Below, one piece after another: positions 1-8,722 of a DNA stretch of 32,000 bases. Below the pieces are notes generated by a model. It saw nothing but the letters and a program-made list of their open reading frames with translations, searched no databases and had not been told where the DNA came from. Source of the DNA: Alkalilimnicola ehrlichii MLHE-1 (lineage in GTDB: Bacteria; Pseudomonadota; Gammaproteobacteria; Nitrococcales; Halorhodospiraceae); assembly GCF_000014785.1 (NCBI RefSeq), contig NC_008340.1, positions 2,910,001 to 2,942,000 of the forward strand. Reading direction: 5' to 3'. A program made the position numbers and the translations under genes. The stretch's first letter is position 1. The number at the start of each line of letters is the position of its first letter.

Positions 1-231
1 CAGACTGCTGACCATGCCGCGCACGGCCGCCTCCAGGAGCGCCTTGTCATCCACCTCGTCCACGTAGTGGCTGCGAATCCGCGCGTAGACCTCGGCGACG
101 GCCTGAAGCTCTTCCAACGGCAGATCCGCGTTGGCCTGTTGCCGCTCCGCCCATACGGTCTGCCCCAACCCCAGCCCGGCGGCCAGGATCAGCAGTATGG
201 CGGTAGAATAGAGCGGTCGAATCATGCGCAT
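1..231 (-). CDS. S41-family C-terminal processing peptidase (CtpA/Prc-like), first 77 codons only; gene continues past the left edge
   Basis: Absent from the ORF track because no stop codon lies in the window. Reading the reverse complement from ATG at 231 (second ATG at 225) gives MRMIRPLYSTAILLILAAGLGLGQTVWAERQQANADLPLEELQAVAEVYARIRSHYVDEVDDKALLEAAVRGMVSSL. This is a hydrophobic signal/anchor followed by the conserved N-terminal helix of S41 peptidases (Y.RI...YV.EVDDK.L.EAA..GM..SL). It lies directly downstream of envC, as in Pseudomonas-type synteny. Confidence 0.7.
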   Translation of the reverse strand, partial: MRMIRPLYSTAILLILAAGLGLGQTVWAERQQANADLPLEELQAVAEVYARIRSHYVDEVDDKALLEAAVRGMVSSL

Positions 232-345
232 GCGGCAGCGCTCCCATCCGGTGTTGCTGGTCTCGGGCGCTCACGCCCGGCGGTGCGATACATCCGCTAT
301 TTCCGCAGTTTACCCCTGTTGCCCCCGCTTGTCAGACCCGCGCCC

Positions 346-1500
346 TTAGCGCGCGGCCAGCCACGGCAGCGGGTCCACCGGGTCGCCGTCGGCCCGCACC
401 TCGAAGTAGAGCCCCGGCTCGCGCCGCCCACCGCTGGCCCCCACCGAGGCCAGCACGGCGCCGGCCTGCACCCATTCACCCTCCTCCACGAACAACGACT
501 CATTGTAACCGTAGAGGCTCAGGTACCCGTCGCCATGGTCGAGGATGACCAGCAGCCCCAGGCCGCGGAACCAATCCGCGTAGACCACCTGCCCGGTGGC
601 CACCGCCTGCACCTCCGTGCCGTTCTCGGCATCGATAACCAGGCCGCGCCACTTGATATTGCCCAGTTCCCTCGAATCACCGAACCGGGCCCCCAGCCGC
701 CCCTCCACCGGCCAGGGCAGCGCACCGCGGTGCTCGCGGAAGCGGAGGTCCTGCAGATCACGCTCGGGCACCGCGGCCAACTCCTCGGCCAGTTCATCGA
801 GCAGCCCCTGCAGGCGCTGTTCGTCCTCCTCCATGCGCATCAGCTGTTCACCGGTCTCGGCCAGGGAGGCCTCCAGCCGCGCCAGCCGCCGGCGCTGCTG
901 CTCCCGCTCGCGCGCCAGTTCCGCACGGCGCTCGCGGGCCGCCATCTCCGCCCGGGCCAGGGCCTCGGACTGCTCCTGCAGCCGCTGCTCCAGGCTCTGC
1001 AGGCGCTCCAGGGTCTCGATCACCGACACCAGATCGGCGCGCCGCGCGGCATCCAGGCGGCTGTGATAGGCCAACAACCGTTGCAGCGCTGAGGGGTCCT
1101 GCTGATTCAGCAACACGCGCAGGCCGGCGTCCCGCCCCCCCTGCCAGACGGCACGCAACTGCCGCGCCAGCCGCTCGCGCTGCGCGCGCAGGTGCTGGTC
1201 GCGTTCCGCCATTTTGGCCTCCAGCTCGGCCACCCGCGCCTCAAGCGCGGCACGCTCCTCCTCCGCCGCCCGCAACGCCCGCGCCGCCCGCTGGACCCGA
1301 CGGTCGCTCTCCTCCAGCGCCGCCTCGGCCGCGTCGCGCTCGGCCTCGTCCCGGGCCAACGCCTGGCGGGCCGCCTCGATGCGCTCACGGACCGCTTCTA
1401 GTTCCGCCTCCGTGGCCTGCAGGTCGTCCTCCACCCCGGCCGCCAGCGGTGACACCAGGGTCAGGGCGGTGATCAGGAGCAGCATGGGTGCGATTCTCAT
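346..1500 (-). CDS. envC: Murein hydrolase activator EnvC-like protein (coiled coil plus C-terminal M23/LytM peptidase domain)
   Basis: ORF 346..1629 trimmed to the internal ATG at 1500 (MRIAPMLLLITALTLVSPLAAG), which gives a signal peptide. A long Glu/Arg/Ala/Leu-rich coiled coil is followed by an M23 domain (WPVEGRL..RFG, GLVIDA..GTEVQAVATGQVVYADW..G.G.LVILDHGDGYLSLYG, GG....PGLYFEVR..G.PVDP). Confidence 0.85.
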   Translation of the reverse strand: MRIAPMLLLITALTLVSPLAAGVEDDLQATEAELEAVRERIEAARQALARDEAERDAAEAALEESDRRVQRAARALRAAEEERAALEARVAELEAKMAERDQHLRAQRERLARQLRAVWQGGRDAGLRVLLNQQDPSALQRLLAYHSRLDAARRADLVSVIETLERLQSLEQRLQEQSEALARAEMAARERRAELAREREQQRRRLARLEASLAETGEQLMRMEEDEQRLQGLLDELAEELAAVPERDLQDLRFREHRGALPWPVEGRLGARFGDSRELGNIKWRGLVIDAENGTEVQAVATGQVVYADWFRGLGLLVILDHGDGYLSLYGYNESLFVEEGEWVQAGAVLASVGASGGRREPGLYFEVRADGDPVDPLPWLAAR

Positions 1501-1640
1501 GGCGATTCCAGCTCTCGGGTGTGCCTCGGGGGACCTGCGCGGTGGCCGGGAGGCTGGTATCATGGCCGCCCACTTGGCGCGCCGCAAGGTGGTCCGGCCG
1601 GGCCGGTGGCGACGCTGTCCCACAACCAATCAGACAACAA

Positions 1641-2108
1641 ATGGAATCCTCCATGGAGCAGTTGCTGGAATTCATCACCGACAACTGGATGCTCGTGCTG
1701 GCCTTCGTGCTCATCCTGGGCTACTGGGTCGGCGCCGAGATCTACCACTTCAGCAGCGGCGTCAAGACCATCACCCCGGAGACGGCGACCCAGCTCTACA
1801 ACCGCGACAATGCGCTGTTCGTGGATATCCGCAACAACACCGAGTACCGCAAATCGCATCTGCCCGGGGCGTTTCACATGCCGTCCACCGAGGTGGATCA
1901 ACTGCTGGAAAAGCTGCGCCGCCACGAGTCCCGGCCGCTGATCGTCTATGATGCCAATGGACTGCAGGCCAACAAGACGGCGCGGCGACTCCGCAAGGCC
2001 GGCTTCGAGACGGTCTACCAGCTCAAGACCGGGCTCACCGGCTGGGAGAGCGCCGGCTACCCGATGGAGCGCGGCAGGACCAAGCCCAAGCCCAACCCCA
2101 AGGGCTGA
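1641..2108 (+). CDS. Membrane-anchored single-domain rhodanese (YibN-like sulfurtransferase)
   Basis: ORF 1488..2108 trimmed to ATG at 1641 (MESSMEQLLEFITDNWMLVLAFVLILGYW, an N-terminal TM helix). Rhodanese fold motifs are present (ALFVDIRNNTEYRKSHLPGAFHMP, LIVYDANGLQANKTARRLRKAGFETVYQLKTGLTGW). The position upstream of secB matches yibN synteny. The active-site loop reads D-A-N-G rather than containing Cys, so it may be catalytically inactive. Confidence 0.8.
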   Translation: MESSMEQLLEFITDNWMLVLAFVLILGYWVGAEIYHFSSGVKTITPETATQLYNRDNALFVDIRNNTEYRKSHLPGAFHMPSTEVDQLLEKLRRHESRPLIVYDANGLQANKTARRLRKAGFETVYQLKTGLTGWESAGYPMERGRTKPKPNPKG

Positions 2109-2191
2109 CCCCATAACGACGACGGCAGCGCGCGGCAGGCGCGCCGGCACCGATTCAACCCGGCACTGAACGTAACGGAGTGGAGCAAGAC

Positions 2192-2758
2192 ATGGCAGAC
2201 GAACAACCCCAGGGTAACGGCCAGGGCGCCGCGCAGCAGGGCGAGCAACCCAAGCAGCAGTTCCAGATCGCCAAGCTGTATCTCAAGGATGTCTCGCTGG
2301 AGACGCCGAACAGCCCGGAGGTCTTCACCGGCGAGTGGAAGCCGCAGGTCAACGTCGACCTGACCAGCAAGACCCGCGCCCTGCAGGAAGGGCACTACGA
2401 GGTGGCCCTGACCGTCACCGTCACCGCCAAGCAGGGCGAGAAGACCGCTTACCTGTGCGAGGTCACCCAGGCCGGGGTCTTCCAGATCAAGGGCTTCGAG
2501 GACGCGGCGCGCAACGGCCTGCTGGGCGCCTACTGCCCGGCCCAACTCTTCCCCTACGTGCGCGAGACGGTGAACAGCTTGATCACCCAGGGCGGCTTTC
2601 CGGCCATGGTGCTGCAACCGGTCAACTTCGACGCCCTCTACCAGCAGCGGCTGGCCCAGGCCGCCGAGCGCCAGAAGGCGGAGCAGGCCCAGGGCGGCGG
2701 CGCCGAGGCCAAGGGCAGCGATAGCACCGCGGCCCAGGGTTCCGACACCCAGCAATAA
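2192..2758 (+). CDS. secB: Protein-export chaperone SecB
   Basis: QFQIAKLYLKDVSLETPNSPEVF...WKPQVNVDL...YEVALTVTVTAK...AYLCEVTQAGVFQIKG...LLGAYCPAQLFPYVRE.V..L...GGFP.M.L.PVNFDALY is the SecB signature core. The start was moved to ATG 2192, which is preceded by GGAGTGGAG. Gln/Gly-rich N- and C-terminal tails are present. Confidence 0.9.
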   Translation: MADEQPQGNGQGAAQQGEQPKQQFQIAKLYLKDVSLETPNSPEVFTGEWKPQVNVDLTSKTRALQEGHYEVALTVTVTAKQGEKTAYLCEVTQAGVFQIKGFEDAARNGLLGAYCPAQLFPYVRETVNSLITQGGFPAMVLQPVNFDALYQQRLAQAAERQKAEQAQGGGAEAKGSDSTAAQGSDTQQ

Positions 2759-2779
2759 CCGGGCGGAGGCGCGGAGGCC

Positions 2780-3778
2780 ATGAACAGGCCACTGGGCATC
2801 ATCGGGGCCGGCGCCTGGGGCACGGCGCTGGCCATCGCGGCCGGCCACGCCGGGCACCCGGTCCGACTGTGGGGCCGGGACACGGCGGCGGTTCAGGCCA
2901 TGGCCCGGGACCGGGTCAACCGGCGGAATCTGCCGGACTGCCCGCTGCCGGACCCGGTGCAGCCGCAACCGGACCTGACAGCGCTGGTGGCCGAGTGCGA
3001 CGACCTGCTGCTCGTCGTGCCCAGCCGGGCCTTCGAGTCCATGCTGCATACCCTGGCCCCGCTGATCGAGCGCCGCCACCGGCTGGGCTGGGCCACCAAG
3101 GGCCTGGATGCCGCCAGCGGCGGCCTGTTGAGCCAGGTGGTCCAGCGGGTGCTCAAGCCCCTGCCGCCCCTGGCGGTCCTTTCCGGGCCGAGCTTTGCCG
3201 CCGAGGTAGGGCGGGGCCTGCCCACGGCGGTCACCGTGGCCGCTACCGATCAGGGCTTCGCCAGCGACCTGGCGGACGCCTTCCGCTACGAGCGCTTCCG
3301 GGTCTATACCAGCACCGACCTGGTCGGCGTGCAACTGGGCGGCGCGGTGAAGAACGTCCTGGCGATCGCCACCGGCGTGGCCGACGGGCTGGGCTTCGGC
3401 GCCAACGCCCGAGCCGCGCTGATCACCCGCGGCCTGGCGGAGACCCGGCGGCTGAGTGAGGCGCTGGGCGCGGACCCGGACACCCTCACCGGGCTGGCCG
3501 GCATGGGCGACCTCATCCTCACCTGCACCGACGACCAGTCCCGCAACCGCCGGCTGGGCCTGGCCCTGGGGCGCGGCGAGGACCTGGACGAGGCGGTGGA
3601 GGCCATCGGCACGGTGGAGGGGGTGCGCACGGCGGATGAACTGCACCGCCTGGCCACCCAGGCCGGGGTGGAGATGCCCATCTGCGAGCAGGTCCATCTG
3701 CGCCTCGCCGGCCGGGTCTCCACCCGCGAGGCCGTGGAGAATCTCCTGCTCCGGCCCGGCGGCCGCCAGGAGCAGTAA
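2780..3778 (+). CDS. gpsA: NAD(P)H-dependent glycerol-3-phosphate dehydrogenase
   Basis: N-terminal Rossmann motif IIGAGAWGTALA. Also LSGPSFAAEV, GVQLGGAVKNVLAIATG..DGLG.G.N..AALITRGL.E, GL.G.GDL.LTC....SRNRR.G..LG. Canonical secB-gpsA adjacency. Confidence 0.93.
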   Translation: MNRPLGIIGAGAWGTALAIAAGHAGHPVRLWGRDTAAVQAMARDRVNRRNLPDCPLPDPVQPQPDLTALVAECDDLLLVVPSRAFESMLHTLAPLIERRHRLGWATKGLDAASGGLLSQVVQRVLKPLPPLAVLSGPSFAAEVGRGLPTAVTVAATDQGFASDLADAFRYERFRVYTSTDLVGVQLGGAVKNVLAIATGVADGLGFGANARAALITRGLAETRRLSEALGADPDTLTGLAGMGDLILTCTDDQSRNRRLGLALGRGEDLDEAVEAIGTVEGVRTADELHRLATQAGVEMPICEQVHLRLAGRVSTREAVENLLLRPGGRQEQ

Positions 3779-3785
3779 CCACCGC

Positions 3786-4247
3786 ATGTTCCACATCGTC
3801 CTGGTCGAGCCGGAGATCCCACCCAACACCGGCAACGTCATCCGGCTCGCCGCCAACACCGGTGCCCATCTGCACCTGGTGCATCCGCTGGGCTTTCGCC
3901 TGGACGACACCCGGCTGCGCCGGGCCGGGCTCGATTACCATGAGTGGGCCCGGGTGGCCGAACACCCCAGTCTGGTGGACTGCCTGCGCCAGGTCCGGCC
4001 CCGACGGGCCTGGGCGCTGTCCACCCACGGCTCGGTCGGCTACCACCAGGTCCGCTACGCCCCCGGCGATGCCCTGGTGTTCGGCTGTGAGACCGGTGGC
4101 CTGCGTCGGGAGCTGACCCGGTTCAGCCCCGGCCGCCGATTGCGGCTGCCCATGCGGCCGGAGAGCCGGAGCATGAACCTGGGCAACAGCGTCTCGGTGG
4201 TGCTTTACGAAGCCCTGCGCCAGCAGGATTTTCCGGAACTGGAATAA
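3786..4247 (+). CDS. trmL: tRNA (cytidine/uridine-34 2'-O)-methyltransferase TrmL (SpoU/TrmH family)
   Basis: ORF 3456..4247 trimmed to ATG 3786: MFHIVLVEPEIPPNTGNVIRLAANTGAHLHLVHPLGF...DYHE. The C-terminal SPOUT knot is present (LVFG.E..GL...........LRLPM....RSMNL.NSV.VVLYEALRQ). Size of 153 aa fits TrmL. Confidence 0.9.
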   Translation: MFHIVLVEPEIPPNTGNVIRLAANTGAHLHLVHPLGFRLDDTRLRRAGLDYHEWARVAEHPSLVDCLRQVRPRRAWALSTHGSVGYHQVRYAPGDALVFGCETGGLRRELTRFSPGRRLRLPMRPESRSMNLGNSVSVVLYEALRQQDFPELE

Positions 4248-4253
4248 CTAAAA

Positions 4254-4300
4254 AATATAATTCTCACGCGGCTTTACAGAGAGCAATGAGAATGCTTATC
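4254..4300 (+). promoter_or_regulatory. Candidate sigma-70 -10 box (TATAAT, 4256..4261) followed by a Fur-box-like operator (AGCAATGAGAATGCTTATC, 4282..4300) upstream of the iron-binding-protein gene
   Basis: This is the only AT-rich stretch in the intergenic region. 4282..4300 matches the 19-bp Fur consensus GATAATGATAATCATTATC at 13 of 19 positions by hand alignment, including the AATGA.AAT...TTATC core. It lies 37 nt before the ATG of an Fe(3+) ABC binding protein. The -35 region is poor. Confidence 0.45.
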
Positions 4301-4336
4301 ATCCCGGACAGCATCCTCGCTGTTGGGAGACCATCC

Positions 4337-5356
4337 ATGCGCATCAAACAGGTTCTGACCGGATTGCTGGCCGCGCCGCTGGCCATCGCTTTGGCCATGC
4401 CGGCCACCACCCTGGCCGACGACGACACCATCACCGTCTATTCCGCGCGCCAGGAGCACCTGATCAAGCCGCTGTTCGACCGCTTCACCGAGGAGACCGG
4501 CATCCGGGTGCGCTACGTGACCGACAGCGCCGGTCCGCTGCTGGCCCGCCTCCAGCAGGAGGGGCGCCGCACCCCCGCCGACATGTTGATGACAGTGGAT
4601 GCCGGCAACCTCTGGCAGGCCGCCGACCGGGGCGTGCTCCGGCCCATCGACTCCGAGCCGCTGCGGGAGGCCATTCCGGAACACCTGCGTGACCCGGACG
4701 ACCAGTGGTTCGGCCTGTCGGTGCGGGCACGGACCATCATGTACGCGCCCGACCGCGTCGATCCCGAGGAACTGTCCACCTACGAGGCCCTCGCCGACCC
4801 GGAGTGGGAGGGCCGCCTGTGCGTGCGCACCTCGCAGCACGTCTACAACCAGTCGCTGGTCGCCACCATGATCTCCCACCACGGTGAGGAGCGGACCCGG
4901 GAGGTGCTGGAGGGCTGGGTGAACAACTTTGCGGACCGCCCCTTCTCCAACGACACCTCGACCCTGCGCGCCATCGCCGCCGGCCAGTGTGATGTGAGCA
5001 TCACCAACACCTACTACCTGGGCCGGGTGCTGAAGGACGACCCGGACTTCCCGGTGGCGCCCTACTGGCCCAACCAGGATGACGTGGGCGTTCACGTCAA
5101 CGTCTCCGGTGCCGGTGTCACCCGCCATGCCGGCAACCCTGAAGGGGCGCAGCGGCTCATCGAATGGCTCGCCAGCGAGGCCGCGCAGAAGGACTTCGCC
5201 GCCCTGAACATGGAGTATCCGGCGAACCCGGAGATCGGCCTGGACCCGATCGTCGCCGACTGGGGCGATTTCAAGGCCGATAACATCAATGTCTCCGAGG
5301 CCGGCCGGCTGCAGCGCCAGGCCGCCATGCTGATGGACCGGGTCGGCTGGCGCTGA
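4337..5356 (+). CDS. Fe(3+) ABC transporter periplasmic substrate-binding protein (FbpA/AfuA/FutA family)
   Basis: ORF 4286..5356 trimmed to ATG 4337, which is preceded by GGGAGA. Signal peptide MRIKQVLTGLLAAPLAIALAMPATTLA. Family-typical blocks: ITVYSAR.EHLI.PLF..F...TGI.V, TPADML.TVDAGNL, W.G.S.RARTI.Y, W.GR.C.R.S...YNQSL, ITN.YY. Confidence 0.85.
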   Translation: MRIKQVLTGLLAAPLAIALAMPATTLADDDTITVYSARQEHLIKPLFDRFTEETGIRVRYVTDSAGPLLARLQQEGRRTPADMLMTVDAGNLWQAADRGVLRPIDSEPLREAIPEHLRDPDDQWFGLSVRARTIMYAPDRVDPEELSTYEALADPEWEGRLCVRTSQHVYNQSLVATMISHHGEERTREVLEGWVNNFADRPFSNDTSTLRAIAAGQCDVSITNTYYLGRVLKDDPDFPVAPYWPNQDDVGVHVNVSGAGVTRHAGNPEGAQRLIEWLASEAAQKDFAALNMEYPANPEIGLDPIVADWGDFKADNINVSEAGRLQRQAAMLMDRVGWR

Positions 5357-5360
5357 TCCC

Positions 5361-7067
5361 ATGGCCGTGGCCTGGTCCAGGGCTCCCCGCCGGGGCCTGA
5401 TCGCCACGCTGCTCGACCCGCTGCGGCGGGTCGGGCCGTGGCGTTTGTTCGCCTTGGGCATGGGGACCCTGCTCTTCGTCCCCATCGCGGTGACCCTGGC
5501 CAGTTGGCTCACGCCGGACATGGAGGTCTGGCGCCACATCCAGCAGACCCTGTTAGCGGAGATCCTCGGCAACACCGTGATGCTGGTGCTGGGAGTGGGA
5601 TCCGGCGTGCTCTTCCTGGGGGTCAGCCTGGCCTGGCTGACGGCCCGCTGTGACTTCCCCGGCCGAGGCCTGTTCGACTGGGCACTGATCCTGCCCCTGG
5701 CCGTGCCCACCTATGTCCTGGCCTTCGTCTTTGTCGGCCTGTTCGAGTTCGCGGGGCCGGTGCAGAGCTTTTTGCGCGAGACCGTCTCCAGCGACCTGCG
5801 GCTGCCCTCTATCCGCTCCACCCCCGGGCTCATCCTGGTCATGAGCCTCGTGCTCTACCCCTATGTCTACATGCTCAGCCGGGCCGCCTTTCTCAGCCAG
5901 GGGACGGCCCCCATGGAGGCGGCACGGGTCCAGGGCCTGAGCGCCTGGGGCAGCTTTTTCCGGGTGGCGCTGCCCATGGCCCGGCCGGCCATCGCGGCCG
6001 GCACGGCACTGGCGCTGATGGAGACCCTGGCCGACTTCGGGGCGGTCTCGGTATTCAACTTCGAGACCTTCACCACCGCCATCTACCGAGCCTGGTTCGG
6101 TTATTACAGCCTTGCCGCGGCGGGCCAGTTGGCCGCCCTGCTGTTGCTGATCATCCTGCTCGGCCTGACCGCGGAGAAGGCCGCCCGGGGCCGCGCCCGT
6201 TTCGACCAGCGCCAGGCCGGCGGGGTCACCCGCATCCCCCTGCGTGGCTGGCGCGCCTGGGCGGCCACCGGCTTCGCCGCCAGCGTGCTGTTCCTGGGCT
6301 TTCTGCTGCCAGTGCTGCAACTGGTCATCTGGGGTTGGGGGCACCTGGCCGATTTCAACGAACGCTACTTGGAACTGGTGCTCAACACCCTCACCCTGGG
6401 GGCGGTCTCCGCCTTCATCACCGTCACCATCGCCCTGCTGCTTGCCTACGCGCGTCGTGTGCAGCCGGACTTCATCACCCGCCGCGCCGTCGGCGCCTCC
6501 ACTCTGGGGTACGCCCTGCCCGGCTCGGTGTTGGCGGTGGGGATCATGATCGTCTTCACCTGGCTCGACCACCGGGTGGCCGACCTGCTGGAGCCGCTGG
6601 TCGGGGATATCGGCGGCCAACTGCTCACCGGCAGTGTCTTCGCGCTGATCATCGCCTATGTCATGCGCTTCATGGCGGTGGCCTTCGGTGCGGTGGACAG
6701 TGCCCTCGAGCAGATCCGGCCCAGCTTGCGCGAGGCCGCTCGCAGCCTGGGCGCGCGGGATTGGGAGATCATCCGCCGCATCTACATCCCGGTGCTGCGG
6801 CCGGGTCTGATCACCGCGGCGCTGCTGGTCGGTGTCGATGTCATGAAGGAGATGCCCGCGACCCTGCTGCTCCGGCCCTTCGGCTGGGACACGCTAGCGG
6901 TGCGCATCTTCGAGTTCACCGTGGAGGGGCAGTGGGAGCGCGCCGCGCTGCCGGCGGTCACCCTGGTGGCCGTGGGCCTGATCCCGGTGATCTTCCTGGT
7001 CAGCCGGACGGTGCGCAAGCACCCGCGCAACCAGAAGCCGGCCGCCGCTGAAGCGCTCCAGACCTGA
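5361..7067 (+). CDS. Iron(III) ABC transporter permease, fused double-domain (FbpB/AfuB-like)
   Basis: 568-aa polytopic membrane protein with two MalFG-type permease halves. Each half has an EAA-like loop: MEAARVQGLSAWGSFFRVALPMARPAI and REAARSLGARDWEIIRRIYIPVLRPGL. It starts 5 nt after the binding-protein stop. Confidence 0.85.
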   Translation: MAVAWSRAPRRGLIATLLDPLRRVGPWRLFALGMGTLLFVPIAVTLASWLTPDMEVWRHIQQTLLAEILGNTVMLVLGVGSGVLFLGVSLAWLTARCDFPGRGLFDWALILPLAVPTYVLAFVFVGLFEFAGPVQSFLRETVSSDLRLPSIRSTPGLILVMSLVLYPYVYMLSRAAFLSQGTAPMEAARVQGLSAWGSFFRVALPMARPAIAAGTALALMETLADFGAVSVFNFETFTTAIYRAWFGYYSLAAAGQLAALLLLIILLGLTAEKAARGRARFDQRQAGGVTRIPLRGWRAWAATGFAASVLFLGFLLPVLQLVIWGWGHLADFNERYLELVLNTLTLGAVSAFITVTIALLLAYARRVQPDFITRRAVGASTLGYALPGSVLAVGIMIVFTWLDHRVADLLEPLVGDIGGQLLTGSVFALIIAYVMRFMAVAFGAVDSALEQIRPSLREAARSLGARDWEIIRRIYIPVLRPGLITAALLVGVDVMKEMPATLLLRPFGWDTLAVRIFEFTVEGQWERAALPAVTLVAVGLIPVIFLVSRTVRKHPRNQKPAAAEALQT

Positions 7068-7151
7068 GCCCCGCCCCCCTGTTATCCCGGGCGCGGTTGG
7101 CGCTATAGTGGTCCGACCACTGACAGAGCCGGACCAGCCGCAAGGGAGCCC

Positions 7152-8246
7152 ATGCAACGCACCCCGCTCTATCGCCGTCATCAGGAAGCCGGCGCCCGCC
7201 TGGTGGAATTTGCCGGCTGGCAGATGCCGCTGGATTACGGCTCCGCCCTGGCCGAACACCGCGCCGTGCGCGAGGACTGCGGCCTGTTCGACGTCTCCCA
7301 CATGGCCATCACCGATCTCGAGGGCCAGGGGGCCCGCGACGCCCTGCGCCTGATCCTCGCCGCCGATGTGGCCCGGCTCGACGAGGCCGCCCCCGGCAAG
7401 GCCCTCTACGGTTGCCTGCTGAATGAGGCCGGCGGCATCATCGACGACCTCATCGTCTTCCGCCGCGGCGCGGAACGCTACCGCATCGTCTCCAACGCCG
7501 CCACCCGGGGCAGCGTCCAGCGCTGGCTGGAGCGGCTCACTGCGGCCTTCGGCCTGCAGCCGGAGGCTCGTACCGACCTGGCAATGATCGCGCTGCAGGG
7601 GCCGGCCGCCCCCAGTCTCATCGAACAGCTGCCGGAGGCAGCCGCCGCCGTGGGCCTGGGCGCCTTCGAGGCCCTGGATGGGGAGCGGATCTTCGTCAGC
7701 CGCACCGGCTACACCGGCGAAGACGGCTTCGAACTGATCCTGCCCGGCCCCCGGGCCAGCCAAACCTGGGACCACCTGGTGGCCGCCGGCGCCCGACCCT
7801 GCGGGCTGGCGGCCCGGGACAGCCTGCGCCTGGAGGCGGGCCTGAACCTGAACGGCCAGGACATGACCCCGGAGACCACGCCGCTGGAGTGCGGCCTGGG
7901 CTGGACCGTGCACTGGACGCCGGAGGATCGTGACTTCATCGGCCGCCATCCGCTGGAGGCCCAACGCCGGGAGGGGGCGCCATGGTGCCGGCAGGGCCTG
8001 GTCCTGCGCGAGCGCGGCGTGCCCCGCCACGGGCATGCGGTGCTGGACGCCGCCGACCGGGTGATCGGTGAGGTCACCAGCGGCGGCTGGTCGCCGGTAT
8101 TGCAACGGGGCATTGCCCTGGCCCGGGTGCCCAACGGCACCGGGGGGCCGCTACGGGTCCGGGTCCGCGACCGCGCCCTGAGCGCCGAGCCGGTCCGGCC
8201 GCCCTTCGTCCGCAATGGCAAGCCGCGGGTGGACGTCCCCGACTAG
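7152..8246 (+). CDS. gcvT: Glycine cleavage system aminomethyltransferase (T protein)
   Basis: TPLY..H...GA.LV.FAGW.MPL.YGS...EH.AVR...[12 protein letters not shown]...[48 protein letters not shown]. Followed by gcvH. Confidence 0.92.
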   Translation: MQRTPLYRRHQEAGARLVEFAGWQMPLDYGSALAEHRAVREDCGLFDVSHMAITDLEGQGARDALRLILAADVARLDEAAPGKALYGCLLNEAGGIIDDLIVFRRGAERYRIVSNAATRGSVQRWLERLTAAFGLQPEARTDLAMIALQGPAAPSLIEQLPEAAAAVGLGAFEALDGERIFVSRTGYTGEDGFELILPGPRASQTWDHLVAAGARPCGLAARDSLRLEAGLNLNGQDMTPETTPLECGLGWTVHWTPEDRDFIGRHPLEAQRREGAPWCRQGLVLRERGVPRHGHAVLDAADRVIGEVTSGGWSPVLQRGIALARVPNGTGGPLRVRVRDRALSAEPVRPPFVRNGKPRVDVPD

Positions 8247-8266
8247 CCCGCTATACAGCTAACAGG

Positions 8267-8288
8267 CAGGGCGGCCCGCACCGCCCTG
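8267..8288 (+). other. Intercistronic GC-rich hairpin between gcvT and gcvH (CAGGGCGG-cccgca-CCGCCCTG)
   Basis: Perfect 8-bp inverted repeat with a 6-nt loop, read directly from the sequence. No T-run follows. A possible processing/stability or partial attenuation element; function not established. Confidence 0.3.
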
Positions 8289-8324
8289 AAACGCCCTCTC
8301 ACAACCCAGGGAACGAACCAAGCC

Positions 8325-8717
8325 ATGACCCAGGTACCAGACAACCTCAAGTACAACCGCACCCACGAGTGGACCCGCTTGGAGGACGACGGCACGCTCA
8401 CCATCGGCATCACCGATCACGCCCAGAGCGAACTGGGCGATTTGGTGTTCGTGGAGACGCCCACGGTGGGGCGCCACTACGACGCCGAGGAGGCCTGCGC
8501 CGTGGTGGAATCGGTCAAGGCCGCCTCCGACATCTACGCGCCGGTGGGCGGCGAGGTGATCGAGGCCAATTCAGAGCTGCAGGACAGCCCGGAGCTGGTC
8601 AACACCGACCCCTACGGCGAGGGTTGGATCATGCGCATCCGCCCGGACGACAGCGACGACCTGGAGCAACTGCTGGACCCGGAGGACTACCAGGACCTGG
8701 TGGCCGACGAGGAGTAA
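8325..8717 (+). CDS. gcvH: Glycine cleavage system H protein (lipoyl carrier)
   Basis: LKY...HEW......G..T.GITDHAQ..LGD.VFVE.P.VG........[22 protein letters not shown]...PELVN.DPY.EGW. Contains the lipoyl-lysine motif ESVKA. 130 aa. Confidence 0.95.
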   Translation: MTQVPDNLKYNRTHEWTRLEDDGTLTIGITDHAQSELGDLVFVETPTVGRHYDAEEACAVVESVKAASDIYAPVGGEVIEANSELQDSPELVNTDPYGEGWIMRIRPDDSDDLEQLLDPEDYQDLVADEE

Positions 8718-8722
8718 CGGGC

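Noticed and set aside
67-1092. Other long ORFs opposite recognised genes: 67..1092(+), 2057..3910(-), 4274..5710(-), 5553..6620(-), 6894..8105(-), 9657..10805(-), 10834..12390(-), 13860..14576(-), 20861..21670(+), 21683..23968(+), 25112..26671(-), 29138..30520(+)
   Set aside because: Each overlaps a gene with a clear family signature on the other strand or in another frame. Their products are Arg/Gly/Pro/Ala-rich without domains. They were treated as GC-driven shadow ORFs.
7068-7151. Possible glycine riboswitch or defined operator upstream of gcvT, including a 15-bp palindrome AGTGGTC-C-GACCACT at 7107..7121 and a TATAGT -10-like hexamer at 7104..7109
   Set aside because: The spacer is only 84 nt and lacks the conserved glycine-riboswitch cores (GGAGAG ... 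ACCGAAGG.GCAA). The palindrome and the -10-like hexamer are real in the sequence, but I cannot tie them to a known regulator (GcvA sites are T-N11-A type), and the -35 region is poor.
8261-8270. The 10-mer AACAGGCAGG occurs both upstream of gcvH (8261..8270) and upstream of gcvPB (10681..10690), raising the idea of a shared regulatory motif
   Set aside because: A single shared 10-mer within 32 kb is expected by chance, and the flanks do not extend the similarity.
8369-8722. 5' extensions given in the ORF track: gcvPA from 8369, gcvPB from 10534, trmL from 3456, pckA from 25100, the rhodanese gene from 1488, envC to 1629, cynD to 21658, cynS to 20678, E2 to 30631, and the COG0523 gene to 28544
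   Set aside because: The extensions overlap upstream genes or lack an SD. Downstream in-frame starts reproduce the canonical family N-termini and have Shine-Dalgarno sequences, so the shorter coordinates were reported.
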